A stretch of DNA of 64,000 nt from an uncultured Candidatus Saccharibacteria bacterium (lineage in GTDB: Bacteria > Patescibacteriota > Minisyncoccia > Phycocordibacterales > PALSA-1337), in assembly GCA_964459225.1 (NCBI GenBank), contig CAYWKB010000001.1, positions 180,140-244,139 on the forward strand, written 5' to 3'. Shown here piece by piece: positions 47,915 to 57,626 of this stretch. The stretch's first letter is position 1; each line of letters starts with the position of its first letter. A program made the translations under genes and the position numbers. The notes under the pieces are model-generated. The model had not been told where the DNA came from. It worked only from the letters and a program-made list of their open reading frames with translations, and made no database searches.

Positions 47915-49621
47915 ATGAAGAAATACCAGATACGAGAAAAGATAAATGGAAATCTATTAGATAATCTATTACATCACAGAAATATTAGAACAAATGAGGA
48001 AAGAGATAGGTTTTTGAATTTAGATTACAATAAACATACCCATCACCCCTTTCTTTTAAAAGATGCAGAAAAAGCCGCAAAAAGAATAATTGATGCAATT
48101 AAAAATAATGAAAAGATAGTGATATATAGTGACTATGATGCTGATGGTATTCCTGCTGGAGTTGTGTATCATGACTTTTTTAATAAGATTGGTTATAAAA
48201 ACTTTTCAAATTACATACCACATAGACATGATGAAGGATTTGGATTAAATACTGATGCAGTTAAAAAGTTTATAGAGGAAAAAGTAGATTTAATCATCAC
48301 CCTTGATTGCGGTATTTCTGATATCGAGGCTGTTAATACCGCAACTGATAGTGGAATAGATGTGATAATAACTGACCATCATGAACCGCATGATGAATTA
48401 CCGAGAGCATATGCAATAGTTGATCATAAACAAAAAGACTGCAATTATCCCGAAAAGATATTGTGCGGTTCAGGAGTTGGTTACAAGTTAATCCAAGCAA
48501 TTTTGGAAATTGATAGATTGGGATTAAAAGATGGATATGAAAAATGGTTCCTAGATATGATTGGTCTTGCAACATTATCTGATATGGTTCCTCTTGTCGG
48601 GGAAAACAGAATATTTGCGAGTTATGGACTTATGGTTATGCGTAAAAGTCCAAGAAAGGGTTTGGTGAGACTTTTAAATCATTTAAAAATTAAACAAAAT
48701 ACCATAACCGAAGATGATATTGGATTTATGATAACACCTAGAATAAATGCCGCATCTAGAATGGGTATACCAATGGATGCTTTTAAACTATTATCAACCG
48801 AAGATGAAAATGAAGCTTTTTTGTATGTTGAGCATTTAGATAAAATAAATACAGAAAGGAAAACTGTGGTCGCAGGTATGGTAAAAGAAGTAAAAAAAAT
48901 AATTAAAGATAGATATGATAATAATCCAAAAGATGTAATTGTAATAGGAAATCCGGAATGGAAACCGTCATTACTTGGCTTGGTTGCAAATACATTGGCC
49001 GAAGAATATTCTCGACCTGCATTTTTATGGGGAAGAGATGGTGATGGAATAATAAAGGGATCATGTAGGTCGGGGGGATATTGTTCAGTAATAGATATTA
49101 TGAATAATGTTTCAAAAGATGCATTCATACAATTTGGAGGACACTCTGCTTCTGGCGGTTTTGTTGTTTCAAACGATAAAATACATTTCTTGGATGATGA
49201 ATTAAATAAATCATATGAAAAAATAAAAACGAAAAATGAAATTATTGATCCAACATTTATAGATATGGAAATAAAAATAGATGATATAGGATTTGAAATG
49301 TATAGAGATATAGAAAAGATGGCTCCGTATGGAATAGCAAACATCAGACCTGCATTTATAATAAAAAATATACCGATTAATGGTATTAAAGAATTTGGAA
49401 AAGATAAAAATCATTTAGAAATTTCATTTAAAAAAAGTAATGGCCAGATAATAAATGCAATTGGTTTTTTTATGAATGCTGAAAAATTCAAAAAAATAGA
49501 TGAAAAGGCTGGTAGGAGACCAATTAAAATAGGCGATAATATAGATATAGTATTTAATATTGAAAAGTCCTTTTTTAGAGGCAGAGTTGAAATAAGATTA
49601 AGAATTTTGGATGTTATTTGA
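47915..49621 (+). CDS. recJ: ssDNA exonuclease RecJ
   Basis: DYDADG, TLDCG, TDHH, PRINAASR, GSCRS, FGGH. Confidence 0.95.
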   Translation: MKKYQIREKINGNLLDNLLHHRNIRTNEERDRFLNLDYNKHTHHPFLLKDAEKAAKRIIDAIKNNEKIVIYSDYDADGIPAGVVYHDFFNKIGYKNFSNYIPHRHDEGFGLNTDAVKKFIEEKVDLIITLDCGISDIEAVNTATDSGIDVIITDHHEPHDELPRAYAIVDHKQKDCNYPEKILCGSGVGYKLIQAILEIDRLGLKDGYEKWFLDMIGLATLSDMVPLVGENRIFASYGLMVMRKSPRKGLVRLLNHLKIKQNTITEDDIGFMITPRINAASRMGIPMDAFKLLSTEDENEAFLYVEHLDKINTERKTVVAGMVKEVKKIIKDRYDNNPKDVIVIGNPEWKPSLLGLVANTLAEEYSRPAFLWGRDGDGIIKGSCRSGGYCSVIDIMNNVSKDAFIQFGGHSASGGFVVSNDKIHFLDDELNKSYEKIKTKNEIIDPTFIDMEIKIDDIGFEMYRDIEKMAPYGIANIRPAFIIKNIPINGIKEFGKDKNHLEISFKKSNGQIINAIGFFMNAEKFKKIDEKAGRRPIKIGDNIDIVFNIEKSFFRGRVEIRLRILDVI

Positions 49622-49651
49622 TTAAAATCAAGCATTTGAGATAATACACAG

Positions 49652-50356
49652 ATGAATATAATAACTATTTTTACAGACGGTTCTTCAAGAGGTAATCCAG
49701 GTCCTGGTGGCTGGGGTAGTATTGTGATTGATAAAGATAATGATAGTGTAACTGAATTAGGAGGCAGGGAAGATCATACAACAAACAATAGAATGGAATT
49801 AACTGCCGTGATAAACGGATTGTCTATTTTAGGTGCAGGATTACAAATACAAATAAATACTGATTCATCATATGTAATAAATGGAATTACAAAATGGGTA
49901 AATGGCTGGAGGCGAAATGGTTGGGTAACAAAGACAAAAGAAGATGTAATAAACAGAGATTTATGGGAAAGGCTAGTTGAAGTTAGTGATGGTAAAGATA
50001 TAAAGTGGAATTATGTTGGTGGACATTCAGGAATAATAGGAAATGAAAGATGTGATGAGATAGCTACTGCATATGCCGATGATGTCACAATTAATTTATA
50101 TAAAGGTAAATTATCTCAATATAATATTCAAAATATTTTAGATTTATCAAAATCAGTTGAAAAAACAGAAAAAAAGAGTCATTCAAAAGCTCAGGCGTAT
50201 TCGTATATAAGTATGGTTAATGGTGTAATTGAAATTCATAAAACATGGTCAGAGTGTGAGGCAAGAGTAAAAGGCAAGAGTAATACAAAATACAGGAAAT
50301 CAATTTCAAAGGAAAATGAAGAGCAGATAATATCTGAATTCAAAAAGTATAGTTAA
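49652..50356 (+). CDS. rnhA: Ribonuclease HI with C-terminal hybrid-binding (viroplasmin-like) domain
   Basis: FTDGSSRGNPGPGGW, TTNNRMEL, TDSSY, GNERCD; C-terminal TWSECEARVKG. Confidence 0.95.
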   Translation: MNIITIFTDGSSRGNPGPGGWGSIVIDKDNDSVTELGGREDHTTNNRMELTAVINGLSILGAGLQIQINTDSSYVINGITKWVNGWRRNGWVTKTKEDVINRDLWERLVEVSDGKDIKWNYVGGHSGIIGNERCDEIATAYADDVTINLYKGKLSQYNIQNILDLSKSVEKTEKKSHSKAQAYSYISMVNGVIEIHKTWSECEARVKGKSNTKYRKSISKENEEQIISEFKKYS

Positions 50357-50379
50357 TTAACGGTATTGTGTGGTTTGAA

Positions 50380-50452
50380 ATGAAATCTTAATAAAATTTT
50401 CATTTTATTTTTATTATTTTTTTATTTAGATTTCATTTTGTTTTGCTATGTT
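50380..50452 (+). promoter_or_regulatory. comEC promoter with 11-bp-period TTT(C/T)AT repeat array and extended -10
   Basis: ATGAAA 50380, ATAAAA 50391, then TTTCAT 50398, TTTTAT 50409, TTTTAT 50420, TTTCAT 50431, TGC-TATGTT 50444-50452. Confidence 0.75.
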
Positions 50453-50458
50453 TGATGG

Positions 50459-51838
50459 ATGGAGGTAACAAATAAAAATACAAAAATAAATATAATAATA
50501 ACAGCATGTTTGATATTGATACTATTAATTAGATTTTATTTTGCTTATAAGAATGATAATTTAAATAATCTTGATAGGTTTATAGGTCAAAATGTTATTG
50601 TAAATGGCTATATAGTCGATGAACCTCTTACAAAAGATTTTAAAAAGACTTTTACAGTAAAGGTAAATACTATTTCTGATGAAAAGGTTGATATTAATAT
50701 TAGAGTTGAGACTCCTAGGTATTATGATTTTAAATATTCAGAAAGGTTAATACTCACGGGTAAACTATCCATACCATTTAATTTTAAAAGTAATGGAGGT
50801 AGGACATTTGATTATGTTGATTTTTTGATGAAAGACGGTGTTTATTTCATAATGAAAAATCCTTCAATTGAAATTACAAATCATGATGATTTAAATATTT
50901 TAAATAAAATTACTTTTTATCTCTATGAAATTAAGCAAGATTTCCTATCAAATATTAAAAGGGTATTAGGTGAACCACATGCATCACTTGCTGGAGGTCT
51001 GGTGGTTGGTGAAAAGAATGCTTTGGGTAAGGATCTTATAGATGATTTTAGAAAGACTGGTCTTATACATATTGTTGTTTTGTCTGGATACAATATAACA
51101 ATTATCGCAGATACAATAAGAAGATTGCTAATTAAATTACCAAGAAATATAGGAATATCTATTGGTGTATTTGGTATTGTTATGTTTGGAATTTTAGTTG
51201 GGGGTGGTGCAACGGTTGTGAGGTCTTGTATTATGGCAATTATTGCAAATTCAGCTAATTTATTTAGGAAAAATTATAATGTGGGCAGAGCATTATTTAT
51301 AGCGGGAGTATTGATGCTAATAGTTAATCCACTTATATTATTTTATGATCCTTCATTTCAATTGTCTTTTTTGGCTACACTTGGACTATTATTTTTATCT
51401 TCACCTATCGAATCTCGATTGGGTTTTATAAGTGAAAAGTTTGGTATAAGAAGTCTTATTGCTTCAACATTTGCAACTCAAATATTTGTTTCTCCCTACA
51501 TACTATATATGATGGGGCAATTATCTATAATAGGGGTAATTGTAAATATCGTAGTATTACCATTTATACCCATAACCATGCTTTTTGTTGTTATTACTGG
51601 AGCTATTGGTTTCATTTCTTATTTTGCATCAGAAATAACTGCGTTCATTTCTTACTTTTTATTATCCTATGAACTTTTTATTGTACAAAACTTTGCAAAA
51701 TTACCTTTTGCATATATTGAAATACCTAAATTTTCATTTTGGATTGTCTTTGCTTTTTATGCCAATTATTTGATAGCGTTTTTGAAATTACCTTCTACGT
51801 TTTCCCAATTTAGATTTTCAAAAAAGTCTCCAACATAA
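50459..51838 (+). CDS. comEC: ComEC/Rec2 DNA uptake channel (OB plus competence domain)
   Basis: TGLIHIVVLSGYNI, VVRSCIM, SFQLSFLAT; multiple TM helices. Confidence 0.93.
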   Translation: MEVTNKNTKINIIITACLILILLIRFYFAYKNDNLNNLDRFIGQNVIVNGYIVDEPLTKDFKKTFTVKVNTISDEKVDINIRVETPRYYDFKYSERLILTGKLSIPFNFKSNGGRTFDYVDFLMKDGVYFIMKNPSIEITNHDDLNILNKITFYLYEIKQDFLSNIKRVLGEPHASLAGGLVVGEKNALGKDLIDDFRKTGLIHIVVLSGYNITIIADTIRRLLIKLPRNIGISIGVFGIVMFGILVGGGATVVRSCIMAIIANSANLFRKNYNVGRALFIAGVLMLIVNPLILFYDPSFQLSFLATLGLLFLSSPIESRLGFISEKFGIRSLIASTFATQIFVSPYILYMMGQLSIIGVIVNIVVLPFIPITMLFVVITGAIGFISYFASEITAFISYFLLSYELFIVQNFAKLPFAYIEIPKFSFWIVFAFYANYLIAFLKLPSTFSQFRFSKKSPT

Positions 51839-52362
51839 CTTTTTTTACCTGATGGTTGATAATCAGCAACAAATGAATGTTCCCACATATCAAGTGCGAT
51901 TATGAGAGAGCAGTCCTGCAGTTGTCCCAAATGCTGTTCATCAATCCATGCATTTAAAAGTCTTTTTTCATTTCTATCATAGTACAACATTGCCCAGCCA
52001 ATACCTCTTGTAAGGGCAAGAGATTTAAATTCAATAAGCCATGCATCGTAACTTCCAAAATCTTCAATAATCTGTCGCATTAAATCACCATCAGTGTTTA
52101 TTGTCTTGTTGCTGCCTTCTAATATTTTAAAATACACCTCATGATTCCTTATTCCATTATATTCAAATCCAAAACGCCTCATTGTTTCGGCTATTGCATA
52201 TGCGTTTTTGTCTGAGTCCGCCTTCATTTCACTTATTTTTTCCAATATTGTATTAGCATTTTTAACATAGCCTGAGTATAGCTTTAAATGCTCTTCAATA
52301 GTTTTGTTTGAAATGCCCTTCAATTTACCGATATTAAACTTTTTTTCTTCGAATTTTTTCAT
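51766..52362 (-). CDS. Fe/Mn superoxide dismutase family protein
   Basis: EHLKLYSGYV, NHEVYF, GIGWA, DMWEHSF. Confidence 0.92.
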   Translation of the reverse strand: MKKFEEKKFNIGKLKGISNKTIEEHLKLYSGYVKNANTILEKISEMKADSDKNAYAIAETMRRFGFEYNGIRNHEVYFKILEGSNKTINTDGDLMRQIIEDFGSYDAWLIEFKSLALTRGIGWAMLYYDRNEKRLLNAWIDEQHLGQLQDCSLIIALDMWEHSFVADYQPSGKKSYVGDFFENLNWENVEGNFKNAIK

Positions 52363-52392
52363 TTGTTTTAATTATTATATAGACATTTTAAC

Positions 52393-53163
52393 ATGAATAT
52401 AAAATACAAAAAATTAATTATATCTGTTTGTGTGTTGTTGTTTGGTATCTTTTTCTATTATTTTTATTTTAATAAAACAAATACAGGATTATTTGATTTG
52501 CATCTTTTTAATTTAAAGAGGGGCAGGGCAGTTTTAATGAAAACAAATGATAATAAATATATTTTATTCGGAGCAGGGCAAAACACCGAGACGATTAAGC
52601 AAATAACAAAATACATGCCTTTTTATAAGAGGAAAATTGATTATTTATTTATACCAAGCGCAAATCAAAATCAAATAGGTGGAATGATAGATATCATTGA
52701 TAGATATGAAATTGGGCAAATTTATATACCTGAATTTATTTCCACCAGTACAGTACTCAGTGTTTTGTTGGAGAGAATAAATAAAAATAAAATAAAATTA
52801 ATTAAAATAAAAGAGGGAGATACGATAAGGATAAATGAAAAGACTTTTATAGATGTTTATTTCCCAAATAGTGTTTTTAAATATAATAAAAGTAGCTTAC
52901 CAGAACTAGTTGCGGGTATTAGATATGGTGATACAAATATAATTTTGTTTGGAAATGTATCAAAGACAATACAAAAATATATTTTTCAAAACTTTTTGAT
53001 TAATAATAATTTAAAACATTCAGTTATTGAATACTATAATTCAATGCCAGATACAAGAGTGTATAAGGAGATATTAAATTATCTTAAACCTCAATATATT
53101 TTTAATACAAAATCTGTAAATATTAATCTGATTTCAGATGGGGAGGGATGGTATGAATATTAA
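52393..53163 (+). CDS. ComEC-associated metallo-beta-lactamase-fold protein (metal ligands degenerate)
   Basis: TM; MPFYKRKIDYLFIPSANQNQIGG aligns with ComEC-C ID..ILTHPHADHIGG; C-terminal ISDG. Confidence 0.65.
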   Translation: MNIKYKKLIISVCVLLFGIFFYYFYFNKTNTGLFDLHLFNLKRGRAVLMKTNDNKYILFGAGQNTETIKQITKYMPFYKRKIDYLFIPSANQNQIGGMIDIIDRYEIGQIYIPEFISTSTVLSVLLERINKNKIKLIKIKEGDTIRINEKTFIDVYFPNSVFKYNKSSLPELVAGIRYGDTNIILFGNVSKTIQKYIFQNFLINNNLKHSVIEYYNSMPDTRVYKEILNYLKPQYIFNTKSVNINLISDGEGWYEY

Positions 53164-53197
53164 TTGTAGATCAAACAAAAAACACCTAGAGGGTGTT

Positions 53198-53440
53198 TTA
53201 GATAATACCTGCCTTTTTTAGTGTGGCGTATGCTCCGCGCTTTTGAATTGTCTTTAGCGCTCTTGTAGATATTGTTAAATTAAATGATTTCTTTAATTCA
53301 GGTACATAAATCTTTTTCTTTTGAAGATTTGGATATTTACGTACCATACCTGTAGGGTTAAATTGAGTAGCACGAGTAGCGTTTGAATAGCCACCTGCCA
53401 ACATTGAACCTCTTTTTGTTATTGCACATACTTTAGCCAT
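53198..53440 (-). CDS. rpmB: 50S ribosomal protein L28
   Basis: MAKVCAITKR...YPNLQKKKIYVPE..ISTRALKTI. Confidence 0.92.
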   Translation of the reverse strand: MAKVCAITKRGSMLAGGYSNATRATQFNPTGMVRKYPNLQKKKIYVPELKKSFNLTISTRALKTIQKRGAYATLKKAGII

Positions 53441-53514
53441 AGTGTTAGTCATGCTATCATAAACAATATATTTGGCAAGTGCCTAATACATTTGATAGTA
53501 TTTTATTAAACAAA

Positions 53515-54120
53515 ATGGAGATAATTAATACAATATTTGGTGTCGCTATACTTATAATGTCTGTTGTAATACATGAATTAAGTCATGGTTATACTGCAGA
53601 TCTTTTGGGCGATCCTACTCCAAGATTGCAGGGAAGACTAACATTAAACCCTTTAAAACATTTAGAATTATTCGGTTCTGTAATTATGCCAATACTTACT
53701 TCAATGACAGGTTTTACATTTGGTTGGGCAAAGCCAGTAGAATGGAATCCATATAATGTTAAAAACAAGAGATTGGGTGAATTTTTAATTTCTATTGCTG
53801 GACCTGTTTCAAATCTTATTATTGCAATAGTGTTTTCATTGATTATAAGGAATTTTGATAATGTACTATCGCAGTCATTTATCGGTATTTCATACTATGT
53901 GATAATTATAAATGTAACTCTAGCCATATTTAATATGATTCCAGTACCTCCTCTTGATGGGTCAAAAGTACTTTTTTCACTACTTCCTACAAAATACATT
54001 TTTATTAGAGAATACATCGAAAGGTATTCAATGATTGGAATATTTGTTGCCGTCTTTTTCCTCTGGAGATTTATAGAGCCAGTTATAGGACTTGTAATTA
54101 AAACCTTGACTGGAGTATAA
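53515..54120 (+). CDS. Site-2 protease (M50 family)
   Basis: HELSHG, GDPTP, AGPVSN, FNMIPVPPLDGSK; start placed at MEIIN. Confidence 0.93.
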   Translation: MEIINTIFGVAILIMSVVIHELSHGYTADLLGDPTPRLQGRLTLNPLKHLELFGSVIMPILTSMTGFTFGWAKPVEWNPYNVKNKRLGEFLISIAGPVSNLIIAIVFSLIIRNFDNVLSQSFIGISYYVIIINVTLAIFNMIPVPPLDGSKVLFSLLPTKYIFIREYIERYSMIGIFVAVFFLWRFIEPVIGLVIKTLTGV

Positions 54121-54126
54121 TATTCT

Positions 54127-54282
54127 ACAGCATCACTTTAGCGCACGGGTCAACGTCACCCCCTTGTGTGGCTGAAAATTGCAATTGTGTGATGTTACGA
54201 ACGTGTGTACCCGTTTGTACACACTAGTAGGGGAGGGCAGGTTAAGTTTGAGTCACCACAAACCTAACCCCGCCCTTTTTTT
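54127..54282 (+). ncRNA. Putative ~155-nt structured ncRNA of unknown family
   Basis: TATAAT at 54116; nested long stem 54129-54196 with G-U pairs, GTGTGTAC/GTACACAC hairpin, terminator ending GCCC-TTTTTTT. Confidence 0.6.
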
Positions 54283-54419
54283 ATTGCCTTTTTCTTAAAA
54301 TGTGATAGAGTGATCCCACGTCCAAAAACGTATAGAGGTGAGTAACCGCTCGGTGAAAACAATCAACTCTAGACATCTTTGGGTAAATTATAAAGTTTTA
54401 TTATTCAATTTAATCAATA

Positions 54420-54839
54420 ATGCCAACAATAAATCAGTTAATAAGGAAAAATCGTTCACGTTTCGTCAGAAAGTCAAAGTCAGTAGCTCTAACTAAGAGT
54501 TTTAATGCTATTAAAAATATTCCTAACTTTTTTCCATCACCATTCAAAAGAGGTGTGTGTATAAAGGTAACAACAAAGACTCCAAAAAAGCCTAACTCAG
54601 CTATTCGTAAGATTGCGCGTGTTAGACTTTCAAATGGTATGGAAGTTACAGCATATATTCCTGGTGAAGGACATAATCTACAAGAACACTCAGTTGTATT
54701 GCTACGTGGAGGTCGTGTAAAGGACGTAGGTTTAAGATATACAGTTGTAAGAGGAGTTCTAGATGCAGCTGGAGTAGAAAAGAGAAGAAAGGGTCGAAGT
54801 CAATATGGAAACAAGAAGCCAAAGGCAGCAAAGGCATAA
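54420..54839 (+). CDS. rpsL: 30S ribosomal protein S12
   Basis: [26 protein letters not shown]. Confidence 0.98.
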   Translation: MPTINQLIRKNRSRFVRKSKSVALTKSFNAIKNIPNFFPSPFKRGVCIKVTTKTPKKPNSAIRKIARVRLSNGMEVTAYIPGEGHNLQEHSVVLLRGGRVKDVGLRYTVVRGVLDAAGVEKRRKGRSQYGNKKPKAAKA

Positions 54840-54867
54840 TCTTAATTAATCTAATAAATAAACTAAA

Positions 54868-55335
54868 ATGAGAAGAAGAATAAAGAATAAGTATCCATTA
54901 AAGCCAGAAAATGTATACGAAAGTATAAAGGTAGCTAAGCTTATAAACTATGTTATGGATTCAGGTAAAAAGTCTATAGCACGTAAGATTGTCTATGATT
55001 GCTTTAATGAAATAAAGGAAAAGACAAAGACAGAGCCTCTTGAAGTTTTTGAATTAGCTCTAAAAAACACTATGCCAGCAATGGAAGTACGCGCAAGAAG
55101 AGTTGGAGGATCAAACTATCAAGTTCCTCGTGAAGTTAGACCAGAAAGACAGCGTGCTCTATCAATGAAATGGATTGTGCTTGCTGCACGTTCAAAAAAG
55201 GGTAAACCAATGTCAGAAAGACTAGCAGAAGAAATAGTTTTGGCTTCAAAAAATGAAGGAGAAGCAGTTAAAAAGCGTGAAAATACACATAAGATGGCAG
55301 AAGCAAACAAGGCGTTTGCACACTTTGCGTGGTAA
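54868..55335 (+). CDS. rpsG: 30S ribosomal protein S7
   Basis: [23 protein letters not shown]. Confidence 0.98.
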   Translation: MRRRIKNKYPLKPENVYESIKVAKLINYVMDSGKKSIARKIVYDCFNEIKEKTKTEPLEVFELALKNTMPAMEVRARRVGGSNYQVPREVRPERQRALSMKWIVLAARSKKGKPMSERLAEEIVLASKNEGEAVKKRENTHKMAEANKAFAHFAW

Positions 55336-55381
55336 TATTGTTATTAACTTATTTATTAATTCAATTTAATTTTTGTAATTT

Positions 55382-57526
55382 ATGCAAAGAGATTATCCAT
55401 TAGAAAAAGTTCGTAATTTCGGTATTATTGCCCATATTGACGCAGGTAAGACAACTACATCTGAACGTATTTTGTACTATACAGGTATGATTCATAAGAT
55501 CGGTGAAGTGCATGATGGTGAGACAACAACAGACTGGATGGAACAGGAAAGGGAGCGCGGTATTACTATTACTGCGGCTGCTATTACATGTTTTTGGAAT
55601 CCATCATATATGGGTAAGGAGGATGTATCAAAAAAGGTAAGATTTAATGTTATCGATACCCCAGGACACATTGACTTTACAGTAGAAGTTAAGCGTTCAC
55701 TAAGAGTGCTTGACGGTGCTGTCGTTGTATTTGACGGTGTAGCAGGAGTAGAGCCACAATCTGAGACAAATTGGAGATATGCAGATGAAAGTAATGTTCC
55801 AAGACTATGTTTTATAAATAAAATGGACAGAATGGGTGCTTCATTTGAAAAGTCTTATGCATCTATACTTGAAAGACTAAATAAAAAGGCAGTAAGATTT
55901 CAAATACCTATAGGAACTGAAGGCGAGCATTGTGGAGTTGTAGATCTTCTAAAGATGAAGGCCTATTATTTTGAAGGTGAAAAGGGAATAAATATAATAG
56001 AAAAAGAAATTCCAGAAAATCTACTTGCAGATGCAAAGAAATATCATGCAGAATTGGTTGAAAAAGCAGTTGAACACAATGATGTTTTGATGCAACAGTA
56101 TTTAGATGGAAAAGAAATTCCAGTTGAAACACTAAAGGCTGAAATAAGAAAGCTAGTTATTGAAAACAAAATGTTCCCAGTATTTACAGGTTCAGCCCTT
56201 AAAAATGTGGGAGTTCAGCTAGTACTAGACGCAGTTGTGGACTATCTTCCATCACCACTTGATCTAAAGGCCGTAAAAGGTATTGATCCAAATACAGGAG
56301 AAGAAATATTCAGAAGTCCATCAGACACTGAGCCATTTACAGCTTTGGCATTTAAATTACAAAATGACCCATTCGTAGGACAGCTAACATTCTTCCGTGT
56401 GTATTCAGGTACTATTGAAGCAGGAACATATATATACAATTCAACAACAGGTAAAAAGGAAAGATTGGGACGTATAGTACGTCTACAAGCAGACAAGCGC
56501 GAAGAAGTTAAAAAGGTTTTTGCTGGCGAAATCGCAGCTGCGGTAGGTCTAAAGGATGCATTAACATCTCATACTTTCTGCGATGAAAATAAGCCAATAG
56601 TTCTAGAAAAGATTAAATTCGTTGAACCAGTGGTATCTCTACGTATTGAACCAAAGACAAAAGCAGATCAGGAAAAGATGGGTATGGCACTTAAGAAGCT
56701 TGGAAATGAGGACCCAACATTCAAGGTTTCATCAAATAGTGAGACAGGCGAAACAATCATTTCAGGTATGGGTGAGCTACATCTAGATATCATGGTTGAT
56801 CGTATGAAGAGAGAGTTTGGAGTTGAAGCAAATGTAGGTAAACCACAAGTAGCATACAGAGAAACAATATTGGGTACTGCTGAAGCAGAACACAAATACA
56901 TCAAGCAATCAGGAGGTAAGGGTCAATACGGACACGTTAAGATCAATATCAAACCAATGGAAAAGCTTGCTCCAGATGTTAAGATTCCAAAAAATGTTAG
57001 TCGTTATGATGATTTCGAATTTATCGATTCAATTAAAGGAGGAGTTATTCCAAATGAATTCATTCCAGCTGTTGAAAAGGGAGTTCATGAAGCTATGGAT
57101 CGTGGAATCGTAGCAGGATTCAAGATGGTAAACGTAAGTTGTGAGCTAACATTCGGTTCATACCATGATGTTGACTCATCAGAAATCGCTTATAAGATCG
57201 CAGGATCACAGGCATTCCAAGAGGCTGCAAAGCGCGCAAAGCCAGTTATACTAGAACCTATAATGAAGGTTGAAGTATTATTCCCAGATAAATACATGGG
57301 AGATATAACAGGAAGTATTTCATCAAAGAGAGGAACAATTGAGGAAATGACAGAAAGAGGACAAGCAAAAGTATTGCATGCAATGGTTCCACTTTCAGAA
57401 ATGTTCGGATATACAACACAGCTACGTTCAATGACATCAGGTCAGGGAAGTGCAACAATGGAATTCGATCACTATGAAGTTGTTCCAAAAAATGTAGAGG
57501 CAGCAATAGTTGAAACAAGAAAATAA
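55382..57526 (+). CDS. fusA: Elongation factor G
   Basis: AHIDAGKTT, DTPGHIDF, NKMD, GMGELHL, GSYHDVDSS. Confidence 0.98.
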   Translation: MQRDYPLEKVRNFGIIAHIDAGKTTTSERILYYTGMIHKIGEVHDGETTTDWMEQERERGITITAAAITCFWNPSYMGKEDVSKKVRFNVIDTPGHIDFTVEVKRSLRVLDGAVVVFDGVAGVEPQSETNWRYADESNVPRLCFINKMDRMGASFEKSYASILERLNKKAVRFQIPIGTEGEHCGVVDLLKMKAYYFEGEKGINIIEKEIPENLLADAKKYHAELVEKAVEHNDVLMQQYLDGKEIPVETLKAEIRKLVIENKMFPVFTGSALKNVGVQLVLDAVVDYLPSPLDLKAVKGIDPNTGEEIFRSPSDTEPFTALAFKLQNDPFVGQLTFFRVYSGTIEAGTYIYNSTTGKKERLGRIVRLQADKREEVKKVFAGEIAAAVGLKDALTSHTFCDENKPIVLEKIKFVEPVVSLRIEPKTKADQEKMGMALKKLGNEDPTFKVSSNSETGETIISGMGELHLDIMVDRMKREFGVEANVGKPQVAYRETILGTAEAEHKYIKQSGGKGQYGHVKINIKPMEKLAPDVKIPKNVSRYDDFEFIDSIKGGVIPNEFIPAVEKGVHEAMDRGIVAGFKMVNVSCELTFGSYHDVDSSEIAYKIAGSQAFQEAAKRAKPVILEPIMKVEVLFPDKYMGDITGSISSKRGTIEEMTERGQAKVLHAMVPLSEMFGYTTQLRSMTSGQGSATMEFDHYEVVPKNVEAAIVETRK

Positions 57527-57555
57527 AACTGGGGATAATATTCCTAGTAGTTAAA

Positions 57556-57593
57556 CAAGAAGAACTGATATAATAAAATATCGGTTCTTTTTG
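57556..57593 (+). terminator. Terminator after fusA
   Basis: AAGAACTGATAT...ATATCGGTTCTT-TTT. Confidence 0.7.
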
Positions 57594-57626
57594 TATTATT
57601 TAACTTTATTATCAATTTTATAAAAA

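Noticed and set aside
54127-54282. Assignment as SRP RNA, tmRNA, RNase P or a known riboswitch
   Set aside because: Diagnostic motifs (SRP GGAA loop with CAGG/AGCAG, GAGGAAAGTCC, tRNA-like ends) are not present
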